This document shows positions 13,101 through 28,100 of a DNA stretch of 64,000 bases, piece after piece. A program made the position numbers and the translations under genes. The stretch is from assembly GCA_964016885.1 (NCBI GenBank), contig CAXHJY010000422.1, positions 1-64,000 on the forward strand, read 5' to 3'. Under the pieces are notes generated by a model. That model worked only from the letters and a program-made list of their open reading frames with translations. It was not told the origin of the DNA and did not search any database. Source of the DNA: Eledone cirrhosa (taxonomy: Eukaryota). Within the stretch, counting starts at the first letter, position 1. Every line of letters starts with the position of its first letter.

Positions 13101-16100
13101 AAGGACACAATGGACTGGAGCAACATGTAATAAAGTGTCTTGCTAAAGGACACAATGGACTGGAGCAACGTGTAATAAAGTGTCTTGCTGAAGGACACAA
13201 TGGACTGGAGCAACGTGTAATAAAGTGTCTTGCTCAAGGACACAATGGACTGGAGCAACATGTAATAAAGTGTCTTGCTAAAGGACACAATGGACTGGAG
13301 CAACGTGTAATAAAGTGTCTTGCTGAAGGACACAATGGACTGGAGCAACATGTAATAAAGTGTCTTGTTGAAGGACACAATTGACTGGAGCAACGTGTAA
13401 TAAAGTGTCTTGCTCAAGGACACAGTGGACTGGAGCAACGTGAAATAAAGTGTCTTGCTCAAGGACACAATTGACTGGAGCAACGTGTAATAAAGTGTCT
13501 TGCTCAAGGACACAATGGACTGGAGCAACGTGTAATAAAGTGTCTTGCTCAAGGACACAATGGACTGGAGCAACGTGTAATAAAGTGTCTTGCTCAAGGA
13601 CACAATGGACTGGAGCAACGTGTAATAAAGTGTCTTGCTGAAGGACACAATGGACTGGAGCAACGTGTAATAAAGTGTCTTGCTCAAGGACACAGTGGAC
13701 TGGAGCAACGTGAAATAAAGTGTCTTGCTCAAGGACACAATGGACTGGAGCAACGTGTAATAAAGTGTCTTGCTGAAGGACACAATGGACTGGAGCAACA
13801 TGTAATAAAGTGTCTTGTTGAAGGACACAGTGGACTGCAGCAACATGTAATAAAGTGTCTTGCTGAAGGACACAATGGACTGGAGCAACGTGTAATAAAG
13901 TGTCTTGCTGAAGGACACAATGGACTGGAGCAATGTGTAATAAAGTGTCTTGTTGAAGGACACAGTGGACTGGAGCAACATGTAATAAAGTGTCTTGTTG
14001 AAGGACACAATGGACTGGAGCAACGTGTAATAGAGTGTCTTGCTGAAGGACACAGTGGACTGGAGCAACATGTAATAAAGTGTCTTGCTGAAGGACACAG
14101 TGGACTGGAGCAACGTGTAATAAAGTGTCTTGCTGAAGGACACAATGGACTGGAGCAACGTGTAATAAAGTGTCTTGTTGAAGGACACAGTGGACTGGAG
14201 CAACGTGTAATAAAGTGTCTTGCTGAAGGACACAGTGGACTGGAGCAACGTGTAATAAAGTGTCTTGCTGAAGGACACAGTGGACTGGAGCAACGTGTAA
14301 TAAAGTGTCTTGTTGAAGGACACAGTGGACTGGAGCAACGTGTAATAAAGTGTCTTGCTGAAGGACACAGTGGACTGGAGCAACATGTAATAGAGTGTCT
14401 TGCTGAAGGACACAGTGGACTGGAGCAACGTGTAATAAAGTGTCTTGCTGAAGGACACAGTGGACTGGAGCAACGTGTAATAAAGTGTCTTGTTGAAGGA
14501 CACAGTGGACTGGAGCAACGTGTAATAAAGTGTCTTGCTGAAGGACACAGTGGACTGGAGCAACATGTAATAGAGTGTCTTGCTGAAGGACACAGTGGAC
14601 TGGAGCAACGTGTAATAGAGTGTCTTGTTGAAGGACACAGTGGACTGGAGCAACGTGTAATAGAGTGTCTTGTTGAAGGACACAGTGGACTGGAGCAACG
14701 TGTAATAAAGTGTCTTGCTGAAGGACACAGTGGACTGGAGCAACATGTAATAGAGTGTCTTGCTGAAGGACACAGTGGACTGGAGCAACATGTAATAAAG
14801 TGTCTTGTTGAAGGACACAATGGACTGGAGCAACGTGTAATAGAGTGTCTTGCTGAAGGACACAGTAGACTGGAGCAACGTGTAATAAAGTGTCTTGCTG
14901 AAGGACACAATGGACTGGAGCAACGTGTAATAAAGTGTCTTGTTGAAGGACACAGTGGACTGGAGCAACGTGTAATAGAGTGTCTTGTTGAAGGACACAG
15001 TGGACTGGAGCAACGTGTAATAGAGTGTCTTGCTGAAGGACACAGTGGACTGGAGCAACGTGTAATAAAGTGTCTTGCTGAAGGACACAGTGGACTGGAG
15101 CAACGTGTAATAAAGTGTCTTGCTGAAGGACACAGTGGACTGGAGCAACGTGTAATAAAGTGTCTTGCTGAAGGACACAGTGGACTGGAGCAACGTGTAA
15201 TAGAGTGTCTTGCTGAAGGACACAATGGACTGGAGCAACGTGTAATAAAGTGTCTTGCTGAAGGACACAATGGACTGGAGCAACGTGTAATAAAGTGTCT
15301 TGCTGAAGGACACAGTGGACTGGAGCAACGTGTAATAAAGTGTCTTGCTGAAGGACACAGTGGACTGGAGCAACGTGTAATAGAGTGTCTTGCTGAAGGA
15401 CACAGTGGACTGGAGCAACGTGTAATAAAGTGTCTTGCTGAAGGACACAGTGGACTGGAGCAACGTGTAATAAAGTGTCTTGCTGAAGGACACAGTGGAC
15501 TGGAGCAACGTGTAATAAAGTGTCTTGCTAAAGGACACAATGGACTGGAGCAACATGTAATAAAGTGTCTTGCTGAAGGACACAATGGACTGGAGCAACA
15601 TGTAATAAAGTGTCTTGCTAAAGGACACAATGGACTGGAGCAACATGTAATAAAGTGTCTTGCTGAAGGACACAATGGACTGGAGCAACATGTAATAAAG
15701 TGTCTTGCTGATGGACACAATGGACTGGAGCAACATGTAATAAAGTGTCTTGCTCAAGGACACGATGGACTGGAGCAACGTGTAATAAAGTGTCTTGCTC
15801 AAGGACACAATGGACTGGAGCAACATGTAATAAAGTGTCTTGCTAAAGGACACAATGGACTGGAGCAACGTGTAATAAAGTGTCTTGCTCAAGGACACAA
15901 TGGACTGGAGCAACATGTAATAAAGTGTCTTGCTAAAGGACACAATGGACTGGAGCAACATGTAATAAAGTGTCTTGCTGAAGGACACAATGGACTGGAG
16001 CAACATGTAATAAAGTGTCTTGCTGAAGGACACAATGGACTGGAGCAACATGTAATAAAGTGTCTTGCTAAAGGACACAGTGGACTGGAGCAACATGTAA

Positions 16101-19100
16101 TAAAGTGTCTTGCTAAAGGACACAATGGACTGGAGCAACGTGTAATAAAGTGTCTTGCTCAAGGACACAATGGACTGGAGCAACGTGTAATAAAGTGTCT
16201 TGCTGAAGGACACAATGGACTGGAGCAACATGTAATAAAGTGTCTTGCTAAAGGACACAATGGACTGGAGCAACGTGTAATAGAGTGTCTTGCTGAAGGA
16301 CACAGTGGACTGGAGCAACGTGAAATAAAGTGTCTTGCTCAAGGACACAATGGACTGGAGCAACGTGTAATAAAGTGTCTTGCTGAAGGACACAGTGGAC
16401 TGGAGCAACGTGAAGTAAAGTGACTTGCTAAAGGACACAATGGACTGGAGCAACATGTAATAAAGTGTCTTGCTGAAGGACACAGTGGACTGGAGCAACG
16501 TGTAATAAAGTGTCTTGCTGAAGGACACAATGGACTGGAGCAACATGTAATAAAGTGTCTTGCTAAAGGACACAATGGACTGGAGCAACGTGTAATAAAG
16601 TGTCTTGCTCAAGGACACAATGGACTGGAGCAACGTGTAATAAAGTGTCTTGCTGAAGGACACAATGGACTGGAGCAACATGTAATAAAGTGTCTTGCTA
16701 AAGGACACAGTGGACTGGAGCAACATGTAATAAAGTGTCTTGCTAAAGGACACAATGGACTGGAGCAACGTGTAATAAAGTGTCTTGCTGAAGGACACAA
16801 TGGACTGGAGCAACATGTAATAAAGTGTCTTGCTGAAGGACACAATGGACTGGAGCAACATGTAATAAAGTGTCTTGCTAAAGGACACAATGGACTGGAG
16901 CAACATGTAATAAAGTGTCTTGCTGAAGGACACAATGGACTGGAGCAACATGTAATAAAGTGTCTTGCTAAAGGACACAGTGGACTGGAGCAACATGTAA
17001 TAAAGTGTCTTGCTAAAGGACACAATGGACTGGAGCAACGTGTAATAAAGTGTCTTGCTGAAGGACACAGTGGACTGGAGCAACGTGTAATAAAGTGTCT
17101 TGCTGAAGGACACAATGGACTGGAGCAACATGTAATAAAGTGTCTTGCTGAAGGACACAGTGGACTGGAGCAACGTGTAATAAAGTGTCTTGCTCAAGGA
17201 CACAATGGACTGGAGCAACGTGTAATAAAGTGTCTTGCTGAAGGACACAGTGGACTGGAGCAACGTGTAATAAAGTGTCTTGCTCAAGGACACAATGGAC
17301 TGGAGCAACGTGAAGTAAAGTGTCTTGCTGAAGGACACAGTGGACTGGAGCAACGTGTAATAAAGTGTCTTGCTGAAGGACACAGTGGACTGGAGCAACA
17401 TGTAATAAAGTGTCTTGCTGAAGGACACAATGGACTGGAGCAACGGGAAATAAAGTGTCTTGCTGAAGGACACAATGGACTGGAGCAACATGTAATAAAG
17501 TGTCTTGCTGAAGGACACAATGGACTGGAGCAACATGTAATAAAGTGTCTTGCTGAAGGACACAGTGGACTGGAGCAACGTGTAATAAAGTGTCTTGCTG
17601 AAGGACACAATGGACTGGAGCAACATGTAATAAAGTGTCTTGCTGAAGGACACAGTGGACTGGAGCAACGTGTAATAAAGTGTCTTGCTCAAGGACACAA
17701 TGGACTGGAGCAACATGTAATAGAGTGTCTTGCTGAAGGACACAATGGACTGGAGCAACATGTAATAAAGTGTCTTGCTAAAGGACACAATGGACTGGAG
17801 CAACATGTAATAAAGTGTCTTGCTGAAGGACACAATGGACTGGAGCAACATGTAATAAAGTGTCTTGCTAAAGGACACAATGGACTGGAGCAACATGTAA
17901 TAAAGTGTCTTGCTGAAGGACACAATGGACTGGAGCAACATGTAATAAAGTGTCTTGCTAAAGGACACAATGGACTGGAGCAACATGTAATAAAGTGTCT
18001 TGCTGAAGGACACAATGGACTGGAGCAACATGTAATAAAGTGTCTTGCTGAAGGACACAATGGACTGGAGCAACATGTAATAAAGTGTCTTGCTCAAGGA
18101 CACAATGGACTGGAGCAACGTGTAATAAAGTGTCTTGCTCAAGGACACAATGGACTGGAGCAACATGTAATAAAGTGTCTTGCTAAAGGACACAATGGAC
18201 TGGAGCAACGTGTAATAAAGTGTCTTGCTCAAGGACACAATGGACTGGAGCAACATGTAATAAAGTGTCTTGCTAAAGGACACAATGGACTGGAGCAACA
18301 TGTAATAAAGTGTCTTGCTGAAGGACACAATGGACTGGAGCAACATGTAATAAAGTGTCTTGCTGAAGGACACAATGGACTGGAGCAACATGTAATAAAG
18401 TGTCTTGCTAAAGGACACAGTGGACTGGAGCAACATGTAATAAAGTGTCTTGCTAAAGGACACAATGGACTGGAGCAACGTGTAATAAAGTGTCTTGCTC
18501 AAGGACACAATGGACTGGAGCAACGTGTAATAAAGTGTCTTGCTGAAGGACACAATGGACTGGAGCAACATGTAATAAAGTGTCTTGCTAAAGGACACAA
18601 TGGACTGGAGCAACGTGTAATAGAGTGTCTTGCTGAAGGACACAGTGGACTGGAGCAACGTGAAATAAAGTGTCTTGCTCAAGGACACAATGGACTGGAG
18701 CAACGTGTAATAAAGTGTCTTGCTGAAGGACACAGTGGACTGGAGCAACGTGAAGTAAAGTGACTTGCTAAAGGACACAATGGACTGGAGCAACATGTAA
18801 TAAAGTGTCTTGCTGAAGGACACAGTGGACTGGAGCAACGTGTAATAAAGTGTCTTGCTGAAGGACACAATGGACTGGAGCAACATGTAATAAAGTGTCT
18901 TGCTAAAGGACACAATGGACTGGAGCAACGTGTAATAAAGTGTCTTGCTCAAGGACACAATGGACTGGAGCAACGTGTAATAAAGTGTCTTGCTGAAGGA
19001 CACAATGGACTGGAGCAACATGTAATAAAGTGTCTTGCTAAAGGACACAGTGGACTGGAGCAACATGTAATAAAGTGTCTTGCTAAAGGACACAATGGAC

Positions 19101-22100
19101 TGGAGCAACGTGTAATAAAGTGTCTTGCTGAAGGACACAATGGACTGGAGCAACATGTAATAAAGTGTCTTGCTGAAGGACACAATGGACTGGAGCAACA
19201 TGTAATAAAGTGTCTTGCTAAAGGACACAATGGACTGGAGCAACATGTAATAAAGTGTCTTGCTGAAGGACACAATGGACTGGAGCAACATGTAATAAAG
19301 TGTCTTGCTAAAGGACACAGTGGACTGGAGCAACATGTAATAAAGTGTCTTGCTAAAGGACACAATGGACTGGAGCAACGTGTAATAAAGTGTCTTGCTC
19401 AAGGACACAATGGACTGGAGCAACATGTAATAAAGTGTCTTGCTGAAGGACACAATGGACTGGAGCAACATGTAATAAAGTGTCTTGCTAAAGGACACAG
19501 TGGACTGGAGCAACATGTAATAAAGTGTCTTGCTAAAGGACACAATGGACTGGAGCAACGTGTAATAAAGTGTCTTGCTCAAGGACACAATGGACTGGAG
19601 CAACATGTAATAAAGTGTCTTGCTAAAGGACACAATGGACTGGAGCAACGTGTAATAAAGTGTCTTGCTGAAGGACACAATGGACTGGAGCAACGTGTAA
19701 TAAAGTGTCTTGCTCAAGGACACAATGGACTGGAGCAACATGTAATAAAGTGTCTTGCTAAAGGACACAATGGACTGGAGCAACGTGTAATAAAGTGTCT
19801 TGCTGAAGGACACAATGGACTGGAGCAACATGTAATAAAGTGTCTTGTTGAAGGACACAATTGACTGGAGCAACGTGTAATAAAGTGTCTTGCTCAAGGA
19901 CACAGTGGACTGGAGCAACGTGAAATAAAGTGTCTTGCTCAAGGACACAATTGACTGGAGCAACGTGTAATAAAGTGTCTTGCTCAAGGACACAATGGAC
20001 TGGAGCAACGTGTAATAAAGTGTCTTGCTCAAGGACACAATGGACTGGAGCAACGTGTAATAAAGTGTCTTGCTCAAGGACACAATGGACTGGAGCAACG
20101 TGTAATAAAGTGTCTTGCTGAAGGACACAATGGACTGGAGCAACGTGTAATAAAGTGTCTTGCTCAAGGACACAGTGGACTGGAGCAACGTGAAATAAAG
20201 TGTCTTGCTCAAGGACACAATGGACTGGAGCAACGTGTAATAAAGTGTCTTGCTGAAGGACACAATGGACTGGAGCAACATGTAATAAAGTGTCTTGTTG
20301 AAGGACACAGTGGACTGCAGCAACATGTAATAAAGTGTCTTGCTGAAGGACACAATGGACTGGAGCAACGTGTAATAAAGTGTCTTGCTGAAGGACACAA
20401 TGGACTGGAGCAATGTGTAATAAAGTGTCTTGTTGAAGGACACAGTGGACTGGAGCAACATGTAATAAAGTGTCTTGTTGAAGGACACAATGGACTGGAG
20501 CAACGTGTAATAGAGTGTCTTGCTGAAGGACACAGTGGACTGGAGCAACATGTAATAAAGTGTCTTGCTGAAGGACACAGTGGACTGGAGCAACGTGTAA
20601 TAAAGTGTCTTGCTGAAGGACACAATGGACTGGAGCAACGTGTAATAAAGTGTCTTGTTGAAGGACACAGTGGACTGGAGCAACGTGTAATAAAGTGTCT
20701 TGCTGAAGGACACAGTGGACTGGAGCAACGTGTAATAAAGTGTCTTGCTGAAGGACACAGTGGACTGGAGCAACGTGTAATAAAGTGTCTTGTTGAAGGA
20801 CACAGTGGACTGGAGCAACGTGTAATAAAGTGTCTTGCTGAAGGACACAGTGGACTGGAGCAACATGTAATAGAGTGTCTTGCTGAAGGACACAGTGGAC
20901 TGGAGCAACGTGTAATAAAGTGTCTTGCTGAAGGACACAGTGGACTGGAGCAACGTGTAATAAAGTGTCTTGTTGAAGGACACAGTGGACTGGAGCAACG
21001 TGTAATAAAGTGTCTTGCTGAAGGACACAGTGGACTGGAGCAACATGTAATAGAGTGTCTTGCTGAAGGACACAGTGGACTGGAGCAACGTGTAATAGAG
21101 TGTCTTGTTGAAGGACACAGTGGACTGGAGCAACGTGTAATAGAGTGTCTTGTTGAAGGACACAGTGGACTGGAGCAACGTGTAATAAAGTGTCTTGCTG
21201 AAGGACACAGTGGACTGGAGCAACATGTAATAGAGTGTCTTGCTGAAGGACACAGTGGACTGGAGCAACATGTAATAAAGTGTCTTGTTGAAGGACACAA
21301 TGGACTGGAGCAACGTGTAATAGAGTGTCTTGCTGAAGGACACAGTGGACTGGAGCAACGTGTAATAAAGTGTCTTGCTGAAGGACACAATGGACTGGAG
21401 CAACGTGTAATAAAGTGTCTTGTTGAAGGACACAGTGGACTGGAGCAACGTGTAATAGAGTGTATTGTTGAAGGACACAGTGGACTGGAGCAACGTGTAA
21501 TAGAGTGTCTTGCTGAAGGACACAGTGGACTGGAGCAACGTGTAATAAAGTGTCTTGCTGAAGGACACAGTGGACTGGAGCAACGTGTAATAAAGTGTCT
21601 TGCTGAAGGACACAGTGGACTGGAGCAACGTGTAATAAAGTGTCTTGCTGAAGGACACAGTGGACTGGAGCAACGTGTAATAGAGTGTCTTGATGAAGGA
21701 CACAATGGACTGGAGCAACGTGTAATAAAGTGTCTTGCTGAAGGACACAATGGACTGGAGCAACGTGTAATAAAGTGTCTTGCTGAAGGACACAGTGGAC
21801 TGGAGCAACGTGTAATAAAGTGTCTTGCTGAAGGACACAGTGGACTGGAGCAACGTGTAATAGAGTGTCTTGCTGAAGGACACAGTGGACTGGAGCAACG
21901 TGTAATAAAGTGTCTTGCTGAAGGACACAGTGGACTGGAGCAACGTGTAATAAAGTGTCTTGCTGAAGGACACAGTGGACTGGAGCAACGTGTAATAAAG
22001 TGTCTTGTTGAAGGACACAGTGGACTGGAGCAACGTGTAATAAAGTGTCTTGCTGAAGGACACAGTGGACTGGAGCAACATGTAATAGAGTGTCTTGCTG

Positions 22101-25100
22101 AAGGACACAGTGGACTGGAGCAACGTGTAATAGAGTGTCTTGTTGAAGGACACAGTGGACTGGAGCAACGTGTAATAGAGTGTCTTGTTGAAGGACACAG
22201 TGGACTGGAGCAACGTGTAATAAAGTGTCTTGCTGAAGGACACAGTGGACTGGAGCAACATGTAATAGAGTGTCTTGCTGAAGGACACAGTGGACTGGAG
22301 CAACATGTAATAAAGTGTCTTGTTGAAGGACACAATGGACTGGAGCAACGTGTAATAGAGTGTCTTGCTGAAGGACACAGTGGACTGGAGCAACGTGTAA
22401 TAAAGTGTCTTGCTGAAGGACACAGTGGACTGGAGCAACGTGTAATAAAGTGTCTTGTTGAAGGACACAGTGGACTGGAGCAACGTGTAATAAAGTGTCT
22501 TGCTGAAGGACACAGTGGACTGGAGCAACGTGTAATAAAGTGTCTTGTTGAAGGACACAGTGGACTGCAGCAACGTGTAATAAAGTGTCTTTCTGAAGGA
22601 CACAGTGGACTGGAGCAACGTGTAATAAAGTGTCTTGCTGAAGGACACAATGGACTGGAGCAACGTGTAATAAAGTGTCTTGTTGAAGGACACAGTGGAC
22701 TGGAGCAACGTGTAATAGAGTGTCTTGTTGAAGGACACAGTGGACTGGAGCAACGTGTAATAGAGTGTCTTGCTGAAGGACACAGTGGACTGGAGCAACG
22801 TGTAATAAAGTGTCTTGCTGAAGGACACAGTGGACTGGAGCAACGTGTAATAAAGTGTCTTGCTGAAGGACACAGTGGACTGGAGCAACGTGTAATAAAG
22901 TGTCTTGCTGAAGGACACAGTGGACTGGAGCAACATGTAATAGAGTGTCTTGCTGAAGGACACAGTGGACTGGAGCAACATGTAATAAAGTGTCTTGTTG
23001 AAGGACACAATGGACTGGAGCAACGTGTAATAGAGTGTCTTGCTGAAGGACACAGTGGACTGGAGCAACGTGTAATAAAGTGTCTTGCTGAAGGACACAG
23101 TGGACTGGAGCAACGTGTAATAAAGTGTCTTGTTGAAGGACACAGTGGACTGGAGCAACGTGTAATAAAGTGTCTTGCTGAAGGACACAATGGACTGGAG
23201 CAACGTGTAATAAAGTGTCTTGTTGAAGGACACAGTGGACTGGAGCAACGTGTAATAGAGTGTCTTGTTGAAGGACACAGTGGACTGGAGCAACGTGTAA
23301 TAGAGTGTCTTGCTGAAGGACACAGTGGACTGGAGCAACGTGTAATAAAGTGTCTTGCTGAAGGACACAGTGGACTGGAGCAACGTGTAATAAAGTGTCT
23401 TGCTGAAGGACACAGTGGACTGGAGCAACGTGTAATAAAGTGTCTTGCTGAAGGACACAGTGGACTGGAGCAACGTGTAATAGAGTGTCTTGCTGAAGGA
23501 CACAATGGACTGGAGCAACGTGTAATAAAGTGTCTTGCTGAAGGACACAATGGACTGGAGCAACGTGTAATAAAGTGTCTTGCTGAAGGACACAGTGGAC
23601 TGGAGCAACGTGTAATAAAGTGTCTTGCTGAAGGACACAGTGGACTGGAGCAACGTGTAATAGAGTGTCTTGCTGAAGGACACAGTGGACTGGAGCAACG
23701 TGTAATAAAGTGTCTTGCTGAAGGACACAGTGGACTGGAGCAACGTGTAATAAAGTGTCTTGCTGAAGGACACAGTGGACTGGAGCAACGTGTAATAAAG
23801 TGTCTTGCTGAAGGACACAGTGGACTGGAGCAACGTGTAATAGAGTGTCTTGCTGAAGGACACAGTGGACTGGAGCAACGTGTAATAAAGTGTCTTGCTG
23901 AAGGACACAGTGGACTGGAGCAACGTGTAATAAAGTGTCTTGCTGAAGGACACAGTGGACTGGAGCAACGTGTAATAAAGTGTCTTGCTGAAGGACACAG
24001 TGGACTGGAGCAACGTGTAATAAAGTGTCTTGCTGAAGGACACAGTGGACTGGAGCAACGTGTAATAGAGTGTCTTGCTGAAGGACACAATGGACTGGAG
24101 CAACGTGTAATAAAGTGTCTTGCTGAAGGACACAATGGACTGGAGCAACATGTAATAAAGTGTCTTGCTGAAGGACACAGTGGACTGGAGCAACGTGTAA
24201 TAAAGTGTCTTGCTGAAGGACACAATGGACTGGAGCAACGTGTAATAAAGTGTCTTGTTGAAGGACACAGTGGACTGGAGCAACGTGTAATAGAGTGTCT
24301 TGTTGAAGGACACAGTGGACTGGAGCAACGTGTAATAGAGTGTCTTGCTGAAGGACACAGTGGACTGGAGCAACGTGTAATAAAGTGTCTTGCTGAAGGA
24401 CACAGTGGACTGGAGCAACGTGTAATAGAGTGTCTTGTTGAAGGACACAGTGGACTGGAGCAACGTGTAATAAAGTGTCTTGCTGAAGGACACAATGGAC
24501 TGGAGCAACGTGTAATAAAGTGTCTTGTTGAAGGACACAGTGGACTGGAGCAACGTGTAATAAAGTGTCTTGCTGAAGGACACAGTGGAGTGGAGCAACG
24601 TGTAATAAAGTGTCTTGCTGAAGGACACAATGGACTGGAGCAACGTGTAATAAAGTGTCTTGCTGAAGGACACAGTGGACTGGAGCAACGTGTAATAGAG
24701 TGTCTTGTTGAAGGACACAGTGGACTGGAGCAACGTGTAATAAAGTGTCTTGTTGAAGGACACAGTGGACTGGAGCAACGTGTAATAGAGTGTCTTGTTG
24801 AAGGACACAGTGGACTGGAGCAACGTGTAATAGAGTGTCTTGCTGAAGGACACAGTGGACTGGAGCAACGTGTAATAGAGTGTCTTGCTGAAGGACACAG
24901 TGGACTGGAGCAACGTGTAATAGAGTGTCTTGTTGAAGGACACAGTGGACTGGAGCAACGTGTAATAAAGTGTCTTGCTGAAGGACACAGTGGACTGGAG
25001 CAACGTGTAATAGAGTGTCTTGCTGAAGGACACAATGGACTGGAGCAACGTGTAATAAAGTGTCTTGCTGAAGGACACAGTGGACTGGAGCAACGTGTAA

Positions 25101-28100
25101 TAGAGTGTCTTGTTGAAGGACACAGTGGACTGGAGCAACGTGTAATAAAGTGTCTTGCTGAAGGACACAGTGGACTGGAGCAACGTGTAATAAAGTGTCT
25201 TGCTGAAGGACACAGTTGACTGGAGCAACGTGTAATAGAGTGTCTTGTTGAAGGACACAGTGGACTGGAGCAACGTGTAATAAAGTGTCTTGTTGAAGGA
25301 CACAGTGGACTGGAGCAACGTGTAATACAGTGTCTTGCTGAAGGACACAGTGGACTGGAGCAACGTGTAATAGAGTGTCTTGCTGAAGGACACAATGGAC
25401 TGGAGCAACGTGTAATAAAGTGTCTTGCTGAAGGACACAGTGGACTGGAGCAACGTGTAATAGAGTGTCTTGCTGAAGGACACAATGGACTGGAGCAACG
25501 TGTAATAAAGTGTCTTGCTGAAGGACACAGTGGACTGGAGCAACGTGTAATAGAGTGTCTTGTTGAAGGACACAGTGGACTGGAGCAACGTGTAATAAAG
25601 TGTCTTGCTGAAGGACACAGTGGACTGGAGCAACGTGTAATAGAGTGTCTTGTTGAAGGACACAGTGGACTGGAGCAACGTGTAATAAAGTGTCTTGTTG
25701 AAGGACACAGTGGACTGGAGCAACGTGTAATAGAGTGTCTTGCTGAAGGACACAATGGACTGGAGCAACGTGTAATAAAGTGTCTTGTTGAAGGACACAG
25801 TGGACTGGAGCAACGTGTAATAAAGTGTCTTGCTGAAGGACACAGTGGACTGGAGCAACATGTAATAGAGTGTCTTGCTGAAGGACACAGTGGACTGGAG
25901 CAACGTGTAATAGAGTGTCTTGTTGAAGGACACAGTGGACTGGAGCAACGTGTAATAGAGTGTCTTGCTGAAGGACACAATGGACTGGAGCAACGTGTAA
26001 TAAAGTGTCTTGCTGAAGGACACAGTGGACTGGAGCAACGTGTAATAAAGTGTCTTGCTGAAGGACACAGTGGACTGGAGCAACGTGTAATAGAGTGTCT
26101 TGTTGAAGGACACAGTGGACTGGAGCAACGTGTAATAAAGTGTCTTGTTGAAGGACACAGTGGACTGGAGCAACGTGTAATAGAGTGTCTTGCTGAAGGA
26201 CACAATGGACTGGAGCAACGTGTAATAAAGTGTCTTGTTGAAGGACACAGTGGACTGGAGCAACATGTAATAAAGTGTCTTGTTGAAGGACACAGTGGAC
26301 TGGAGCAACGTGTAATAAAGTGTCTTGCTGAAGGACACAATGGACTGGAGCAACGTGTAATAAAGTGTCTTGCTGAAGGACACAGTGGACTGGAGCAACG
26401 TGTAATAGAGTGTCTTGCTGAAGGACACAGTGGACTGGAGCAACGTGTAATAGAGTGTCTTGCTGAAGGACACAGTGGACTGGAGCAACGTGTAATAGAG
26501 TGTCTTGCTGAAGGACACAGTGGACTGGAGCAACGTGTAATAGAGTGTCTTGCTGAAGGACACAGTGGACTGGAGCAACGTGTAATAGAGTGTCTTGCTG
26601 AAGGACACAGTGGACTGGAGCAACGTGTAATAGAGTGTCTTGTTGAAGGACACAGTGGACTGGAGCAACGTGTAATAAAGTGTCTTGCTGAAGGACACAG
26701 TGGACTGGAGCAACGTGTAATAAAGTGTCTTGCTAAAGGACACAATGGACTGGAGCAACATGTAATAAAGTGTCTTGCTGAAGGACACAGTGGACTGGAG
26801 CAACATGTAATAAAGTGTCTTGCTGAAGGACACAGTGGACTGCAGCAACGTGTAATAAAGTGTCTTGCTGAAGGACACAGTGGACTGGAGCAATGTGTAA
26901 TAAAGTGTCTTGCTGAAGGACACAATGGACTGGAGCAACATGTAATAAAGTGTCTTGCTGAAGGACACAGTGGACTGGAGCAACATGTAATAAAGTGTCT
27001 TGTTGAAGGACACAGTGGACTGGAGCAATGTGTAATAAAGTGTCTTGTTGAAGGACACAGTGGACTGGAGCAATGTGTAATAAAGTGTCTTGCTGAAGGA
27101 CACAGTGGACTGGAGCAACGTGTAATAGAGTGTCTTGCTGAAGGACACAGTGGACTGGAGCAACATGTAATAAAGTGTCTTGCTCAAGGACACAATGGAC
27201 TGGAGCAACATGTAATAAAGTGTCTTGCTGAAGGACACAGTGGACTGGAGCAACATGTAATAAAGTGTCTTGTTGAAGGACACAGTGGACTGGAGCAATG
27301 TGTAATAAAGTGTCTTGTTGAAGGACACAGTGGACTGGAGCAATGTGTAATAAAGTGTCTTGCTGAAGGACACAGTGGACTGGAGCAACATGTAATAAAG
27401 TGTCTTGCTGAAGGACACAGTGGACTGGAGCAACATGTAATAAAGTGTCTTGTTGAAGGACACAGTGGACTGGAGCAATGTGTAATAAAGTGTCTTGTTG
27501 AAGGACACAGTGGATTGGAGCAATGTGTAATAAAGTGTCTTGCTGAAGGACACAGTGGACTGGAGCAATGTGTAATAAAGTGTCTTGCTGAAGGACACAG
27601 TGGACTGGAGCAACATGTAATAAAGTGTCTTGCACAATGACACAGTGGACTGGAGCAACGTGTAATAAAGTGTCTTGCTGAAGGACACAGTGGACTGGAG
27701 CAATGTGTAATAAAGTGTCTTGCTGAAGGACACAGTGGACTGGAGCAATGTGTAATAAAGTGTCTTGCTGAAGGACACAGTGGACTGGAGCAATGTGTAA
27801 TAAAGTGTCTTGCTCAAGGACACAGTGGACTGGAGCAACGTGTAATAAAGTGTCTTGCTGAAGGACACAGTGGACTGGAGCAACATGTAATAAAGTGTCT
27901 TGCACAATGACACAGTGGACTGGAGCAACGTGTAATAAAGTGTCTTGCTGAAGGACACAGTGGACTGGAGCAACATGTAATAAAGTGTCTTGCACAATGA
28001 CACAGTGGACTGGAGCAACGTGTAATAAAGTGTCTTGCTGAAGGACACAGTGGACTGGAGCAACATGTAATAAAGTGTCTTGCACAATGACACAGTGGAC

